A stretch of DNA of 64,000 bases from the human T2T-CHM13v2.0 reference genome, Homo sapiens: the NCBI RefSeq assembly GCF_009914755.1, contig NC_060940.1; one strand, 5' to 3'. The position numbers and the translations under genes were made by a program. How positions within the stretch are numbered: the first letter of the stretch is position 1; each line of letters begins with the position of its first letter. Below are positions 19,534 through 52,570 of the stretch, one piece after another. Under the pieces are notes generated by a model, which was given only the letters and a program-made list of their open reading frames with translations, had not been told where the DNA came from and did not search any database.

Positions 19534-20031
19534 TCAGGACTCTGCTCATGGCTTGGAAGCAAAGCAGGCACACAGGCAAAGGCGGGAGGAAGGTCTGCAC
19601 AGCTCGAGCAGGAAGCAGGGAGGGCCAGCTCTTGGCTTGACCACTGACCCTCCGCCTCGACTTTCATTCTCTTTCAGTGTCAGTGGCCCCGTGGGGTCGT
19701 TTTGAGGCTGAATGGGATTCTGTTCATAGACAGAGCTCAAAACAGGCCTCACACCCAGCAGGTCTCAGTGAATGTTCAGGCTCTGTCCTTCCTGTTCCTT
19801 TGCAAACTAGAAAAACCCATCAGATCACAGTGGATTTGGGTCTGAAAGTAGCTGAGCCAGGGAGGGAAGTTTAAAGAACAAAGGCCAGGGTTCTTCTCCA
19901 TGAGAGACCAGAAGTCCCGAATTCTGTCTGCCCTCAGGGAGAAAGCTGAACTCCCATGGGGAAGGAACTGCCAAGGGCAAGTGCCTCACCCACTGCCCCC
20001 AAGGGTTGGGGCCCAGCCAAGCACATCCTCA

Positions 20032-20196
<165 letters not shown>

Positions 20197-20503
20197 TCAC
20201 CTAAGAGAAAACTTCTGGGCTATGCAATTCCCCCAAAAGGATCTTGAGACGGCTCTCAATGAAAGGAGTCACCAAGGGTACCAGGGCACAGTGTGATCCG
20301 TGCAATACTGGACATGCAGTGACAAGGACCCTAAGCATTCCCGACCTCCTGCTGCCTGGGAGCGGCTTATGGCACAATGCTGCAAGGGCCATGGCACGGA
20401 GTGATGGGAGAATTCACTTGGGATTGGAACTCTAAGCAGAGAAAGGGACTTTAAAGCTTGTACCCTGAGAACAGAGACAGTGCTCAGGTTAGGCAATGAA
20501 TCA

Positions 20504-20839
<336 letters not shown>

Positions 20840-21243
20840 TTTATTTTGTGAAAATAATCATGATGCTCACCGCGGCACTGTTTAAACCAATAAAAAACTA
20901 AATCTTGGTAAATCTATATAACAGAAAATTCACGCAGTAACTGAAGGATGATATTGTAAAATAATATTTAATGGCATGGAAAAATTTCAAATCTAATGTT
21001 CAGTGAAAGCAACAGGATCTAAAACTGTGTATATCCCAACCACATTTCCAAAAGTATTCACCAATGCATCTTGGAAAGGTGGGAAAGAAAAATATCAAAA
21101 TGTAAAAAGTGCTTTTCTCAAGCTGCAGGACTACATGAGACTTTTCTTTTTTTCTTTATACCTTTTTGTATTTTCCAAATTTTAACAACACATTACTTCT
21201 CAAATCAGCAGTGGGAGTTGGGGAGCATTACTACATATTTTAG

Positions 21244-21790
<547 letters not shown>

Positions 21791-24700
21791 TAACTTTAAA
21801 AGAAAGAAAAAAAGGCAAGAAAGTGGGAAGGAAGAACGAGCCAGGGTGAAGGAGAAATCTGGCATCTATTCCTGGTATTCCTGTGGGTTTCCTGTGCCCT
21901 GGGAGGAAATGAACAGGAAAGAGAGAGCAGGAATGGACACAGCTGGAGGGCACAAGCCCATCAGCAGGCAGACAACCCTCACAGGCCTAGCAGAGGAATT
22001 CTCCCTTTAACATCCTCCATTCCACTAGTGGCTCCATGTGGGTCCCGCTCAGAGCTGGGTTCGGCAAGACTGGCCATGGGGGAGTGGCCGTACCTGAGCC
22101 ATGTGCAATGGGAGGCTCTCAGTGGGGAGGGGGCAGGGAGGGGCTGACTCCAGTCCCACGAGGGGATGAGCATGGAAGGAAGTAAGAGGCTGGAAGAGTG
22201 AGGCAGGCACTCTGGGAGGCCAAGGGCACAAGTAGCCCTGTCTTGGGGCCCTAACAGCAAGGCATGGCACCAACTGGAGAGGGACATTCTCCCCTAGTCT
22301 CTGAGACCACCCCCATGTCCTCAGAAGAGAAGAGTATTTGACAGAGGAGCGGGAGAGTGGACGGAGAACAGCAGCGGGGCCTGAGCAGACTGCAGCACAG
22401 AGGCCAGGGCAGACCAACCTGTGGGACGGCCAGGACTCCCAGAAAACCTGGAGAAGCTGCGTGGGAGGCTGGAGGAGTGGGAAGGAAATCCTACAGCATT
22501 GCAGAGGGGACTCCCAGGCAACAAAACTCAGGCACTACAAGTTCAGGTGACAACTTTGTGTCCACAGGCTGCCTCCCTGCCTCCTCTCCGCTTACCTCCT
22601 TAAAAGTAGCCCATTCTTTATTCAGGGTCCATCCACAGACCCAAGGGCTTCAGGGAAACCTCACCCCACCCCAAGCTTCCAAGCTTTAGGGTAGGCACAA
22701 TCGGTCTAAAGGAAGTCGTCTCCCCTAGTTCCAGCAATGCGTTCAGGAAGCCAAGCTAAGTCAATCAGTGCAGGGCCTCCCCCAGCCAGGGGCCCAATTT
22801 GGATTAGGCAGGCGTGAGGGAGGTTTGCAGGGACTTACAGAAAAGATACTTCCGCACGCTTAGGGAAGAGCCACTAGCAAGACACCTGCCCTTACTCCAA
22901 CCAGCGAGTGAGAAGCCCAATGCTGCCACGACTACATTGTCACCCTGAGAGAACTGCATGAGGACACGAACAGGATGCACAGTAGCAAAATGTAGAGAAA
23001 CCAGGCCAGAGGCACCAAATAAGCCATCTGTTGGGAGTTGATGACACCTCATTGTTCAGGCTACCCTGAGTTGGGTTTCAGTTAGTTCAGCTCCGAATAT
23101 TTGATGTTCAAGAAACCAAACCACTATCTCTTATTTTCCTTTTCTGGAAAAAGAAGACTGAGAACAAAATTGACTCTAAGAAAATGAGGATGTGCAATGA
23201 GGAAGCTGCTGATTAGCTTCTCGCCTACTCCAGCACACTCATGGCTTGAGGGCACAGAAGAGGTGGCACCAAAGGGGTGGGGCCAGTTAGCAGCAACTGG
23301 GGAGAAGCTGAGCTGCCCATGGGACAGTCTCCCAAGTGTCCAAGGCTGGACTAGCCACCGGAGTACCTCATGCGTCTGCACAGCTCGAGGGAGACTCTGT
23401 CCAATCCCAGAGCTGGGAGGGTGCCCACAGATATGATCATGGAACTGAACCACAGCTCAGAACAAATGAAGCAGTGTTAACTAAAACCAAACCAACCACC
23501 ACTGCAAAACAGTCACAGTACACGGGGGTCTGCACATGGAGACATGGGGAGGGGGTCACACCTGTGGGGGACTCTGGGACTGACAGACTCCGGTGGCTCT
23601 GCCCCTGCCACAGCTCCCCTGGGAATCGGCTCCAGGTAGTCACAGGGGCCTCCCACTCCCACCCCCATCACAGCCAAACAAAAGGCTTCCCCCACAGGGT
23701 TGGTGCAGACTGAGGGGCAGCCTCTCCCTTCCCAATGCTCTTGGAAGGGGTCCTTGGTCGGGTGGCCTCCCATGGGCAGGGTCAGTAGGCCAGACCTATT
23801 GAAAACCCTTCCATGACTAGAACCATGTGCCAGAAGAGGCTGGGGGATCCAGGAGGACTGAATGACCAGTGTCTGAGCTGAGTGAGGAAACAGAAGCCTG
23901 ATCTCCATGACTCCGAGGGACATGGGGCACAGTGGGCGCTGCTCTAACTGTATTTCCTCCTAGGAACTCTGCCCAGCTCCTCCTGTGTCTGTCTCAAGCA
24001 TGGGGCTCCCCACACCACCGACAAGACAAGCCACTGCCTTTATTTCTACAGAATGCACGGAGAGCAATACCAAGCAAATCCAAGCTTGGCAAATCCAAGC
24101 ACACAACTCAACAGTGGGCATGGGGGTCTCACCCTTGCCCTGACCCCAAGGGGGCAAAACCAAGGTCTTGATCCACATGAATCCTGCTGTTACATCAGTA
24201 CAATTTCTTGCATCCTTCCCTGAGGCCAAGAGAGCCCCCCAGTCTGTGCGGAATGGAATGGAAGAGCTCCCTTGTATACGTTATTTCCTTTTGTTTTCAC
24301 AAGACCTTGTGAGGCTGGCTTCAGTCCCAGTTTATAGAAGAAACCTGAGGATCAGAGAAGTGAAGGCCAACTCTGTCTGAGCAGGGGTCCAAGCCTGGCT
24401 CTCCCTACCCCCAAACCCAAATGCTCTCCATTGCACCACCCGCCCACCCCAGTCTGTCAGCTGACTCGGATCAAGTCCAGTGTCTCTCTAGCCTGAGCTC
24501 CAGGAAGGCCACAGCTCTTAGGCGCATGACCCACACCAGGAGGTTTCAGTCTAGACAGGAGCTGGGAAGAACTTAAGCCCCTGGGCCAATCAGCAGGGGA
24601 GGAGGCCCAGCCTGTGGTTCCAAACACCAGGTCTTACTCAGTGTCCCCAACCACAAGCCACAGGTGAGTCAGCATGCCACTTCCCGAGCTGGGTCCCACT

Positions 24701-24876
24701 CCACGCCCTCACTTCTGTTCTTAGAAAAGGACGACCAGGCAATCTTGTAAAACCTTTGCTTCCCATTACTCGGCCCACACAGTCACCTGTGTGGCCTCTT
24801 TAGCTACATGAATCTTGCTCACCACCTTCAGCTTTTCATGCCAGCCAGCTGCCTGCCCCTTACACGTTCCTGTCTT

Positions 24877-27100
<2,224 letters not shown>

Positions 27101-28769
27101 AGGGTAAAGCCTGTCTGGAAAGAGGCAGAGTCTCCCCCTTGGGCTAGTACCTCAGGATTCTCAGCTTTGGGGAACCCAGTGGGCCCTGAAGCCTTTGGCC
27201 TTGATGAGAGAAATCTAGATGCCTCCTGCCACTTCCTCATTTGCTGCTTGCCCCCACACAGCAGGGTTCGGAACACCTTCCCCTCCTGTGGTTAGTTCCT
27301 GCCCGATCAGGAAGGAGCACTGGCTTTGTAATCCTTTCTCAGTTCCTTATCTGCCCAATAGGGTCAACAACCAGACAGTAAATGCAGCTCCTGTCCATGG
27401 GTCCCTGCCCTGTTCCTTAACCATGAGAGCAGATGCCCCCGTTTCCAGGGAACACATAAGCAGGTGCAGTTCACAAGTGAATCACTTGCCCTGGGAAGGT
27501 GTTTTGAATGCCGCTACCCCTTGGTTCTCTGCCTCCTGGACTTAGGGACTCTGGGGTATGTGGCTGAGGGAGTGGGAACTCCAAGCCACATGCAAAGCAT
27601 GGTGTTTAATACAGGAACATCCATTGTCCTCAATGATAAGTTATGTAAATTATTATTTTTAGATACAAACTTAAGAACATATTATGGAGGAAAATGCAAA
27701 ATCCCAATGAATTCTAGGTTAAAATAGGAGACTCCAAGAAACTTCTGGGTTGTTGGCAGGTGGCTGCTTTGGACCACAGGGTCTGGGAGGATGAGGAAGC
27801 AGTGCTGTGGGGAGCTTTCCTCTGCCTTCAGAGGAATCCGATGAAAGGGTCTGAGGAACACCGCCTTTTCTCATCTCTCTGGAGACCATGGTAGATAGCC
27901 TGGCCCTCCAGGCAGCCACAGTGCTCCCAGTAGCCTCTGGAGTGCCCGAGGCCACATGCCCACTGAGAGCCTTTGGCTTCAAGAGATCCCAGTGATGGAT
28001 CTCAAGGCCCCAACAAGGTCTTCAGGGGAATCTGAGCCCCCCGAAAGCCATATGAACTTAAAACAATTAGATCCCAAGAACAGAAAGGACACTGTAAGTT
28101 TCTTCTGTGGTTCATTGTCCCACAGAAATCCTAACCACAGAGGCCATGCATTCTGGGAGGGCCAGGGAGAGACATAAATATAAAGTCATCAGGACAGGAA
28201 AAGAGCTAAAAAAATTAAAAGCTACATTCTCTTCCTAAACTACCCACAGAACAGCTCCAGGCAAGGCCCATGTCATCTAGACCAATGCCGTAACCACAGA
28301 GATTGGGAGATACAGAACTGACGCATCAGAAATGTGGTGATGCAGGACCATGGGCGTGAGTTACCAAAGCCCATGGCCATCAGCAGGAACTGTGACCGGC
28401 CAAACAAAGACAAATGGCTCCTGGGGAAATCTACCTAGCGCTGGGTGGCCTACAGGTTTGGGGGTAGGATTGGGGAACTCACAAATTTAATAAAGACCAA
28501 GGTGGGCAAGGACCCACAAAAGGGTCCTAAGACACGAAGGAGGTGGCAGGTCCAAAGGCTCTTCAGAGATGGACAAGAGGAATCAGAGATGAGAGATGGG
28601 CTCAGAGAAATTTAGAAACTTGGTCTTGCTCACAAACAGAGCAAACTTCAGAGCCAGGATAGAACCCAGGCCCACCAAATGCCACACTCTATCCTCTCCC
28701 CTTAACCTCTGGTCATTCCATTCCAGATTACTTGCTTCAAAAAGAGCCACGAGGCCGAGCAGAGCTGTA

Positions 28770-30377
<1,608 letters not shown>

Positions 30378-30719
30378 CTATCTAGACAGCGTGGTCGGGG
30401 AGGGCTGGGAGACAGGGTGGCATTTAGGAAGACAGCTGCAGATGAGAGTGGGAGGAAGGGCCTCCAGCGTTGACATCCGAACAGCTCTGCGAGGGAAGGA
30501 CAGCAGTATCCCAAGCTCGCGGCAGGGACAGGTGGGGTCTGCAACCCATTTCCAAGACCCCTAGAAATCGGCAGTCTCTGAGCACAGGGATGGAGGGCCC
30601 CATGCCTGAGCCCTTGGCACTGACAGGCCACCAGAAGCCCCTAACTAGGTATACATCACAGAGTCTGCTCTCATGAGGGAAGCTTTTAGTGAAAAACACA
30701 ACAAATGCGACGCACACTG

Positions 30720-31186
30720 TGCGTCTGACTCGCCCAACTCTCCACCCTTCCCTTTAGCCTTGTACCATGCTGTGTAACTCACTGGACCCTCCCACCTTTC
30801 CACCCTGGGCTCATGTGACCATGTGATCTGCTTTGGCCAATGGAATGCTAGCAAACTTGGAGCAGAGGCCTGAAAAATATGTCCTTGCATCTCTGCTGTT
30901 GCTTCTACCCTTTGTCACCGTGAGAAGTGGACACCTGGGCTGGTTTGCTGGTCCCAGAAGGAGAGTGACAGGCAAGAGGAAAAGAGATGAGCCACCTCCA
31001 GTCACCCTTGCTTAGGCTATCCTACATCGGCTGATCCCCAGACATCTCATTGAGCCTAGCCAAGGTAAGCAGAGCTGCCTGGTGACCACCCTGGCTGACT
31101 GGGCAATGAATGCAGATAGCTGTCTGCCATGAGGATTCGTGGCTGTTTGTTACACCGCATTGCTATGGCAATGGATAACTGATACA
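30720..31186 (+). mobile_element. MLT1-family MaLR LTR in TK2 intron 6, ending ~100 bp from the exon 6 donor
   Basis: ccatgtgatctgctttggccaatggaatg ... tgtttgttacac.gcattgctatggcaat..ataactgataca terminus. Confidence 0.75.
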
Positions 31187-31267
31187 ACAGCGGGTACTCC
31201 ATATCTGTCAATCGAATAAACAAGTTTCTATTTCATTTTGAAAAATTAGTGGTTTAATAAATTATCA

Positions 31268-31360
<93 letters not shown>

Positions 31361-32870
31361 CTAAAGGAAAACAAAAAGAGAATCACTAACTCAGGGGAAA
31401 AGGAGACAGCCAGGAGGCCTTGAGAAATGTCTGTTACTCCCCCTGCCTGGGGACTTTGCTGAATATGAGAATCAAGGCGGCAGAGAGAGTGAAGCAGGAG
31501 GACCTCCTCACTCCCCTGCCGGGAGGAGAAGCCACATCTGCCACCAGGCTCAGGCTGTGTCCCCCTTCCACCCTGACCTGCCCCACACCCCAAAGCTGCA
31601 TGCATGGCCCAGCAATGCCGAGGCTGAGGGCTCATCAGCAGCTGCCTCTTTGATGGCAGGTGAGTCTCAACTAGAACACGGTCAAGCCCTGGAGAAACCA
31701 TCCAAAGCTGTCCACTTGAGGCAACATGTGGTGACTACCACGGACCTAAATAGGGTGAGTTTGCTTAAGCAGAGGGACCACATGCATGAGGTACAGCCCC
31801 AAGAGGGTCGGGTTGGGGGTGACGTTCTGGGGGCTCTGCCCAAGGAAACTGGTAAGAACGATGCCCAAGAGGGAGGAAGACAGCCTGACAGTGCCCCTTT
31901 CTGCCAGGATGCTCAAACCCTCTGCAGACGACCTTGCCCTTTGTCCAGCGTTCCTCTGGGAAGCAAGAGGCGCCCTGACCCTTGATGCCAGGCACACTAA
32001 CACTACTCTCACTTGGCCATGGCCCACAGCACCCATGGGACCTGGGCCAACAAATCCAAGGCAGATTCAAAGCCATAACCCAGGCACTTCCTCCCTCTCC
32101 CTGCTGTCCCTCTGTCCATCCATCCTCTGCCCATCCATCTTCCTTTCCATTCTTCCATCCTCTCTTTCCTTACTTCCTAGCTCCCCATTCATCCCTCTGG
32201 TCTCCTTCTGCTCATCTTTCCTGGTCTGTCCATCTCTCTCTGCCTCCTGAGGTAGATTTCCTTAAATAGAGGAGTGCATTTATATCCCTTCCTATTCAAA
32301 TATCATTAGATACAACTTAGGTTTGCAATTGAGTGCCTGCTCAGGAAAAGCAAATTAGCAAAGGCAAAATGCACTAACCTCAGATCTTTCGATTTGTGGA
32401 TTTGTGCAATTTAGACAGATATTTGGGGAGATGGAAATTCTTATTCACCAAAAACGGCCCACTCACATCTTTCAATTTTAAAAGACAGACTTACAGAAGA
32501 ATGGTAGCTATTGCTGCAGGTACCCAGACTGGGACCGAACTGTCCAGCCCAGCAGCTGTGCCAGTGTTAACTGGCTGTAGGGACAGTCTGTCTCCTTCAT
32601 GCAGAGCCTTAAAGCTGGCATCATAGGTTGTGCTTACAGCTTTGAAACATAGGTGCTGATCAGGACCTCCACAGCCCCCTTTCTTCTAAGAGACTCTGTC
32701 TCTAGATGCATCCTCACTGATGGAATAGGCCTAAGCAGCCATGTTTGTGCCTTGGGGTCCTGTCCCCAACACCTGATTGAACCAGGGCTGGACACCTGAC
32801 CAAAGCTGAACCAATCAGATTCTTTGTCTCAAGAATTTGAACTAAGAGCCAGACCCCATGAAGGTTAAAT

Positions 32871-33391
<521 letters not shown>

Positions 33392-33396
33392 AGTTA

Positions 33397-33822
<426 letters not shown>

Positions 33823-33989
33823 TCACAAGGCACTGAAGGACAGCTCAAGAAACCTACACAGGCAGGGTTGGGGCTGGAGATAAACCCAGCATGATCACAG
33901 GGCTCTGACAGCAGGGTGGACAAAGGCAGACACTGAAACAATTATAGGACAGTATGGTAACAGCTATAATAGGAGCCTATGGAAAGTCT

Positions 33990-35700
<1,711 letters not shown>

Positions 35701-35922
35701 AGGTGCAGTGGCTCATGCCTATAATCCCAGCACTTTGGGAGCCCAAGGCAGGAGGATCACTTGAGCCCAGGAGTTAAAGGTTACAGTGAGCTATAATTGT
35801 GCCACTGCACTCCAGCTTGGGTGATATAGCAAGACCCTATCTCCAAAATAAATAAATAAATAAATAAGTTTAAAATTTTTAAAGAAGTTAAGCTCTTTAA
35901 GATCATCTTTAACAAATAATAC

Positions 35923-36590
<668 letters not shown>

Positions 36591-37134
36591 ATTCAAAAAA
36601 TAAAATAAAATCACCAAGGAACATGCGTTCAAGTCGTTCAGTGAATGGTCTTTGAGCCCTCTGTAGTCTGTTCTCTATCCAGCCACAAGAGTGAGTCTGT
36701 GAAACCTAAATCAGTTCTTGCCACTCCCCTGCTCAGAACCTTCCAGTGGCTTCCCATTGCATGCAGAATGAAATCCAAACCCTTATCATGGCCCACAAGG
36801 CTTTCTCTCATCTCCTACCCATCTCCCTCTGGCCTGGTTGGCTTCCAACCACATGAGCTTACTTAGCATTCCTCAAACATGCCAAGCATGGTCCCATCTC
36901 AGGGCCTTTGCCTCTGCAGCGCCTTCTGCCTAAACACTCTTCATCCAGATATCTGCAGTGCTCACACCCTCATGTTTAAGCACCTTATCATAGACACATT
37001 CCCTGGTTATCTCATGTAAAACAGAAGCCAACCCACCTACTCAATCACTCTCCATCCCTTCTAGAAGCAAAACACTTCATGCTCCAGCATACTTGCTAAG
37101 AAACCTGTTCTGCTCCTTTCCTCATTTTTAAATT

Positions 37135-40473
<3,339 letters not shown>

Positions 40474-41469
40474 GTAATCACCCCCCACCCTTCACTCCTG
40501 ACCTCAAGTGATCCACCCTCAAGCAAGATACTCTGTGTCTTTGCTTACGTTGTTTCTTCTGACCAGCATTCCCACCCCATTCCACTTCACATCAACTTTC
40601 ATCACATGGAAAACTCCTGTATACCCTTCAAAATCCAGTTCAAATATGCCCTTCCCCTGCCCCTCTCAAACCCCCTCTCCTTCTTCTAGGTCTTCTTCCT
40701 AGCCCCTAAGTAGCATACACAGCACCACACAGGCCCACCAGAGTCTGGGTCACAGGCAGCCTTGCTCCCCGACCCAGCTCAGGGGTGCTCCATCCATAGC
40801 ACTGTCACCCAACAAACATTTATTGAGTGCCCACTGTGTGCCAGATATCCATGCTAGGCACTGAGGACACAACAATAGCAAAACCAGCCCAGCCTCTGCC
40901 TTCACAGAACCTTAAGCCTACCAGGGGAAGCAGACATTACTCAGGTAATCACAGAAGCCAACATGTTTTCAAACCCCAAGAAGTGGTATAAAAGAGAGGT
41001 ACAGAGCGGCCAGGGGATCCTCTGTCAGGAAGCATAACCTCGCTGGGAAGGTCAGGGGACACGGAGCTCAGATCTGAAGGGAGAGTGGTCTTCCTAAAGC
41101 CAACAAAGCTCTTCGTACCACAGAATCAAACAAGGGTGTGGCCCCTGGAACCAGACAGCCTGGGCTGGGATCTGGCTGTATCCGGGCTGGGATCTGGCTG
41201 TATCATACACTGGCCTAGCGACCCTGGACAAGCCACTTAACCTCATTAGGCCATGGTTTCCTCATCTAAAACTGTGGTAAAAATGGTACCTACTTCAGAG
41301 GGACTATTCTTGTGAGGGTGAGATCATTTAGTATTTATGATGAACCCTCAACACAGTGTTGGGCAAATAGCAGTATACTCACTGGATGTTAACTATCGTT
41401 GTTAATCGGGTCCAAGGTCTTCAGTGAGACTATAAGCACTTCTAAAGTGCCATTAAGAGTCATATCACT

Positions 41470-42375
<906 letters not shown>

Positions 42376-43147
42376 AGCAGCACATGAACACAGCAGGACA
42401 AGGGCTATATAATGTTTATTATTATTTTTATCAAACTATATATATTTCTTTTCTTTCTTTCTTTTTTCTTTTTTTTTTTTTTTTTGAGACAGGGCCTCAC
42501 TCTGTCACCCAGGTTGGAGTTCAACGGCACAGTCCTGGCTCACCACAGCCTCAACCTCCTGGGCTTAAATAATCCTCCCACCTCAGCCTCTTGAGCAGCT
42601 GGGACTACAGGCATGTGCCACCACATCCAGCTAAGTTTTGTATTTTTTGTAGACATGTGGTTTTGTCATGTTGGCCAGGCTACTCTTAAACTACTGGGCT
42701 CAGGTGATCCTCCCCCTTCAGCCTCCTAAAGTGCTGGGATTACAGGCATCAGCCACCACACCTGGCCATGCATATATTTCTAGCAGAAGTAAAAACAGGA
42801 AAGGAAGGGAAGAAGGAAAGAAAATGACTATAAAAGTATAGAAATTGTAGCTTCTGTAGTAACAAAAGAGAGCCATCAATAGAGAAGATTATACCACTAA
42901 AATCTAGAACAAGGAAGACAGGTCAATGTCTTAGTGTAGAGATGATTCTTAAACATCTCTGAGGTTAGTTTTAGTGACTAGGCTTTAAATGAACTAGAAA
43001 TTAAATTAATTGCCTATGCATAGTAATACCCACTGCTCAGACATTGCTATCTCAGATGTCACACTTCTAGCCCTGCTCAATAGCCTGTCCTTTCTTCTTA
43101 CCCATGTAGACTCTTTTCCTAACCAGACTTTGAGGCAGTCAACACTT

Positions 43148-44117
<970 letters not shown>

Positions 44118-44158
44118 TAAATTATCCCATCAAGCTTTCTCCGCTTCCTTCAAACCTA

Positions 44159-44269
<111 letters not shown>

Positions 44270-45047
44270 TTAGAGCCAGAACTCAAGCACCCAGGGGAAT
44301 GTCAGGGAATAATGGCTACGGAAAGGGCTCATGTAACCAGCATAATTGGTTCAGTCCAAGACTTTCACATGTAAACCAAAATCCCTCCTCGGGAAACTGG
44401 CAAGGTCCCATTGTTAGTAATAACAGATAAGCCGATCCTCCCTGAGTGGCAGGCTCATGTGGTCCCCCCAGACCAGATCCTCCTTTACGTCAACTCCTAA
44501 ACCATACACAGCTTGTCTGCCCAGCCCAGCTCTGCCCTTCCTTAGTTCAACCCCACAGACTATTAGATTTTAGGCCTAAGTGTCCTGCCTCCTTAACGAG
44601 AGCTTAATCAATGGCTTTGAGGCTAGGAAACACATATATGTTATCTAGAATCGAATTCACTGCTTTACAGAAAAAAAAAGCACTTGGTCACTGACTGGAA
44701 ACCATTAGGAAAGGGGAGAAGAAAAAAAGAGCAAGGACTTTGTTAAGCACCTTGTCACAGGCCAAGCCCTGAGACAGGTAACACACCATTATCACATGTA
44801 ACCTCACTGAAACCTGAGAAGGGTAAGTCCTAACATTTTTCACAGAAAACAAAAATGAGGCTTGTAGAAGACAATAAAGCAAGGACAGCTTGAACCTAGA
44901 CTCTGCTCACAATGACTGCACGTGGGAGGGAAAGGGGGTCATGGCACTAGTGGGAGGGGCCAGAAACAGCCTTCTGGGTCTACCTATACCAAAGACCAAG
45001 GAGCATCCTAGAAGTAACTCATCTTAGGGAGAGAAGGTATTCCAGGC

Positions 45048-45535
<488 letters not shown>

Positions 45536-47100
45536 CTGGAGCAGAGCTTCTCCCTGTCTAGTCCACAGATGCCTGCTTCAGATGCACCAGAGGAGCTGGT
45601 TAAACATGAGGTGGCACCAGGTAGCATCCAGACCCTAAATCAGACTCTAGGCTGGAGCCCTTGAACCTGTAGCCCAGTGATTCTGACCAAGCTCTGCTCA
45701 GCCAGGCACTGCTGATGACATAGGCCCAGTGGCTCTGGCTCCAGCAGATGGCCACAGGGAACGGGCAGCTCCAATACATAAGACAAACTGTCCCCTGAGA
45801 ACACATTAGACATCCTCCAGGGGCACACACAGAGAGGGGCCCGACCTGCTGCACAGAGGCCTGTTCCTTTGCACTCAGGCTGGAAGCACCCAGAGAAACC
45901 TGGGCAACACAGGTAACTTACCCAAGTGCCAGACTTGGCTAGGGAAGAATCAGAATTAGAATTCACATCCAGGCCCCTTCTCACGACTCCTGATGGAGCC
46001 TCAGTCACACCTCACATAAACACCAGGTCACAGTGGGCCGTCTCACCCGACCCCACTAAAGTCTCCCCAGCAACTAGAACTCTGTCAGCTGGCGGAGAAG
46101 GTTCCTCCTGCCTTGATCCTAACGGGTATCCAGGAGACACAAGGCCACTCTCCCATCCTGGGTCCCTCCCAGCCCACTCCTTTAGAGCCCCAAACTACAA
46201 AATGAACCCAAGGGAATGAACAAAAGGGCATGAAAAGACCCCATTAGGGCACTAATGGATTTAATTTTTTTATTGCTCTTTAAAGAAAACTTTTCCTCTT
46301 CCTAGATATATAAAAAGAGCTCAACCTAGACATCACTCTACAGTCTTTTTTCTTTCCTGTTCATTGAAGCATTTTAACAGGTTGTTCAGATAAGCCCTTC
46401 TCCCAGAAACTTGTTCCTATCCCCAGCATGAAATCCTGAAGAGCTGGTGAATGTCAGGCCCTGAATGAGCTCAGCCAATCTGCCCTCCGGTTTACAGCAG
46501 GCAACGCAGGAAGAATCTCACAAAGTTCCCCTGAAATGGAAGGGGGAACAGGAAGCAAGCAAAGGGAGTCTTTACATTTCTTTTTAAAGTGATGTCTAAA
46601 AATATTATAAGAGAAGTGCATGCCCATTGAAGAAAATACAGAAAATCAAAAAGGAGAAACTATCACCCATAATCCCAATACTAAGAGATAAACCCCATGA
46701 CATATGAGCATATTTCATGCCAAATATTATTTTCTATACAGTCCTCATCTTTGAGCACGTTTCAACTGTTTATTGAAGGCCTATGCTGTGCCAGGCACTG
46801 TGTACTCAGGGCCTCGTTGCAACGGCCAAAGAGCTCATGAGTGTGTGGAGGAAAGCAACAGGAAACTGTGAAAAGGAGATGGTCCCCATGCTGTGGGAGC
46901 ACATGGCCGGCCTGGCCCAACACTCTGTGATTACGCTACAATTTATCTCCATTTTCCTCTGCTATGAGCCCTTGAGTCCAATTTTCCATGATTATAACTG
47001 AAACTGTGATGAGCCATCTATCCCTATTATAAGTAACAATATTTAATCTTTCCTAAAAATGGAAATTAAGCATTCTTGTGCTAAGAAATACATTCTCAGT

Positions 47101-50385
<3,285 letters not shown>

Positions 50386-51272
50386 ACATTAATTACCATC
50401 CAGCTCAACTTTGCATTTCCCTCCCCTTCTATGGCACCCGCTGGCATATCCTTCTCCTAATTTCAACAAACTTCCACAAATCTCAAGCATTTCAATCCTC
50501 TCTATGTGGTTTCACTACTTCCCAAGAGCTCTCCACCACCCTGAGTACGCTGGGGGCCTGCCCGCACTGTCTACCCTCTGCAGATCCCAGCCACGGTACT
50601 CCTGCCACCACTTGCCAAGCCACCCCCTTCCCAGCCACTGGAGCTAGGGACTTTCAGTTCTTTTAAGGAATTGAGCCTTGGTTTGTGACCAAAATATCAC
50701 TCCCTACCCCAGCCAGCTAAAGCACCCAATATCCCCATGGACACCAACCTGACCCTTCTTTGACCTTCAGCCTCACACTAGTCACAGCCCCAGCCCAGAG
50801 CCAGCATCTCAAAGCCACCCTGATAACTGAACCCACATCTGTGGACCCTAATGGTTTCTCTCTGATCCCCTGCCCACCCACCAGTCTCAACACTGGGGGG
50901 AGAGGGTGGTGGTGGACAGAGCTTCCCTCACATCTGAGCTGCCCAACCCAAGATGAAACTGACCTTCCCCACAACACAATGAGCGTTTTTCAAATCCTTT
51001 CACAATCATCCCTTAAGCTTTAACAGCCCAAATCTACCTGAAGGATACAAATACTTGTGTGCTCCTATCTGTGCAGACTCTGGGGAAAGATACAAGAAAT
51101 TGGTAACAGAGGTGGCCTTCTAGGAGGGTGACAGACTTCCTTCTCCCTGGAGATCCTCTTGTATTTTTGCTTTTTACTATGGAATGTATTTTTGCTTTTT
51201 ACTCTGCTTTTTTCTCTCTCCTCTTCAAAAAACCAAATTATCCTAGAGAGTACACATAAAAGAGGGACTTAC

Positions 51273-51304
51273 CACTGATTTTTTCTCTTTTTCCTGTTCT
51301 TTAT
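51273..51304 (-). CDS. TK2: TK2 exon 2 (DKEQEKEKKSV), 32 nt
   Basis: AG acceptor 51306-51305 after a pyrimidine tract; GTAAG donor 51272; frame continues from exon 1. Confidence 0.96.
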
Positions 51305-51429
51305 CTACAAAAGAAAGGAAATCAGTTTTTAAACTCACTTTTAAATAACTCTCCTCTGCCCTAATTTGCTACATGACCACAAAAACACTAATGTTTATGC
51401 TCACTCCCTGGCCTAAAAACATTTTCCAT

Positions 51430-52570
<1,141 letters not shown>

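Noticed and set aside
24250-24264. ggaatggaatggaag as a (TGGAA)n tract
   Set aside because: Only two to three units; chance level
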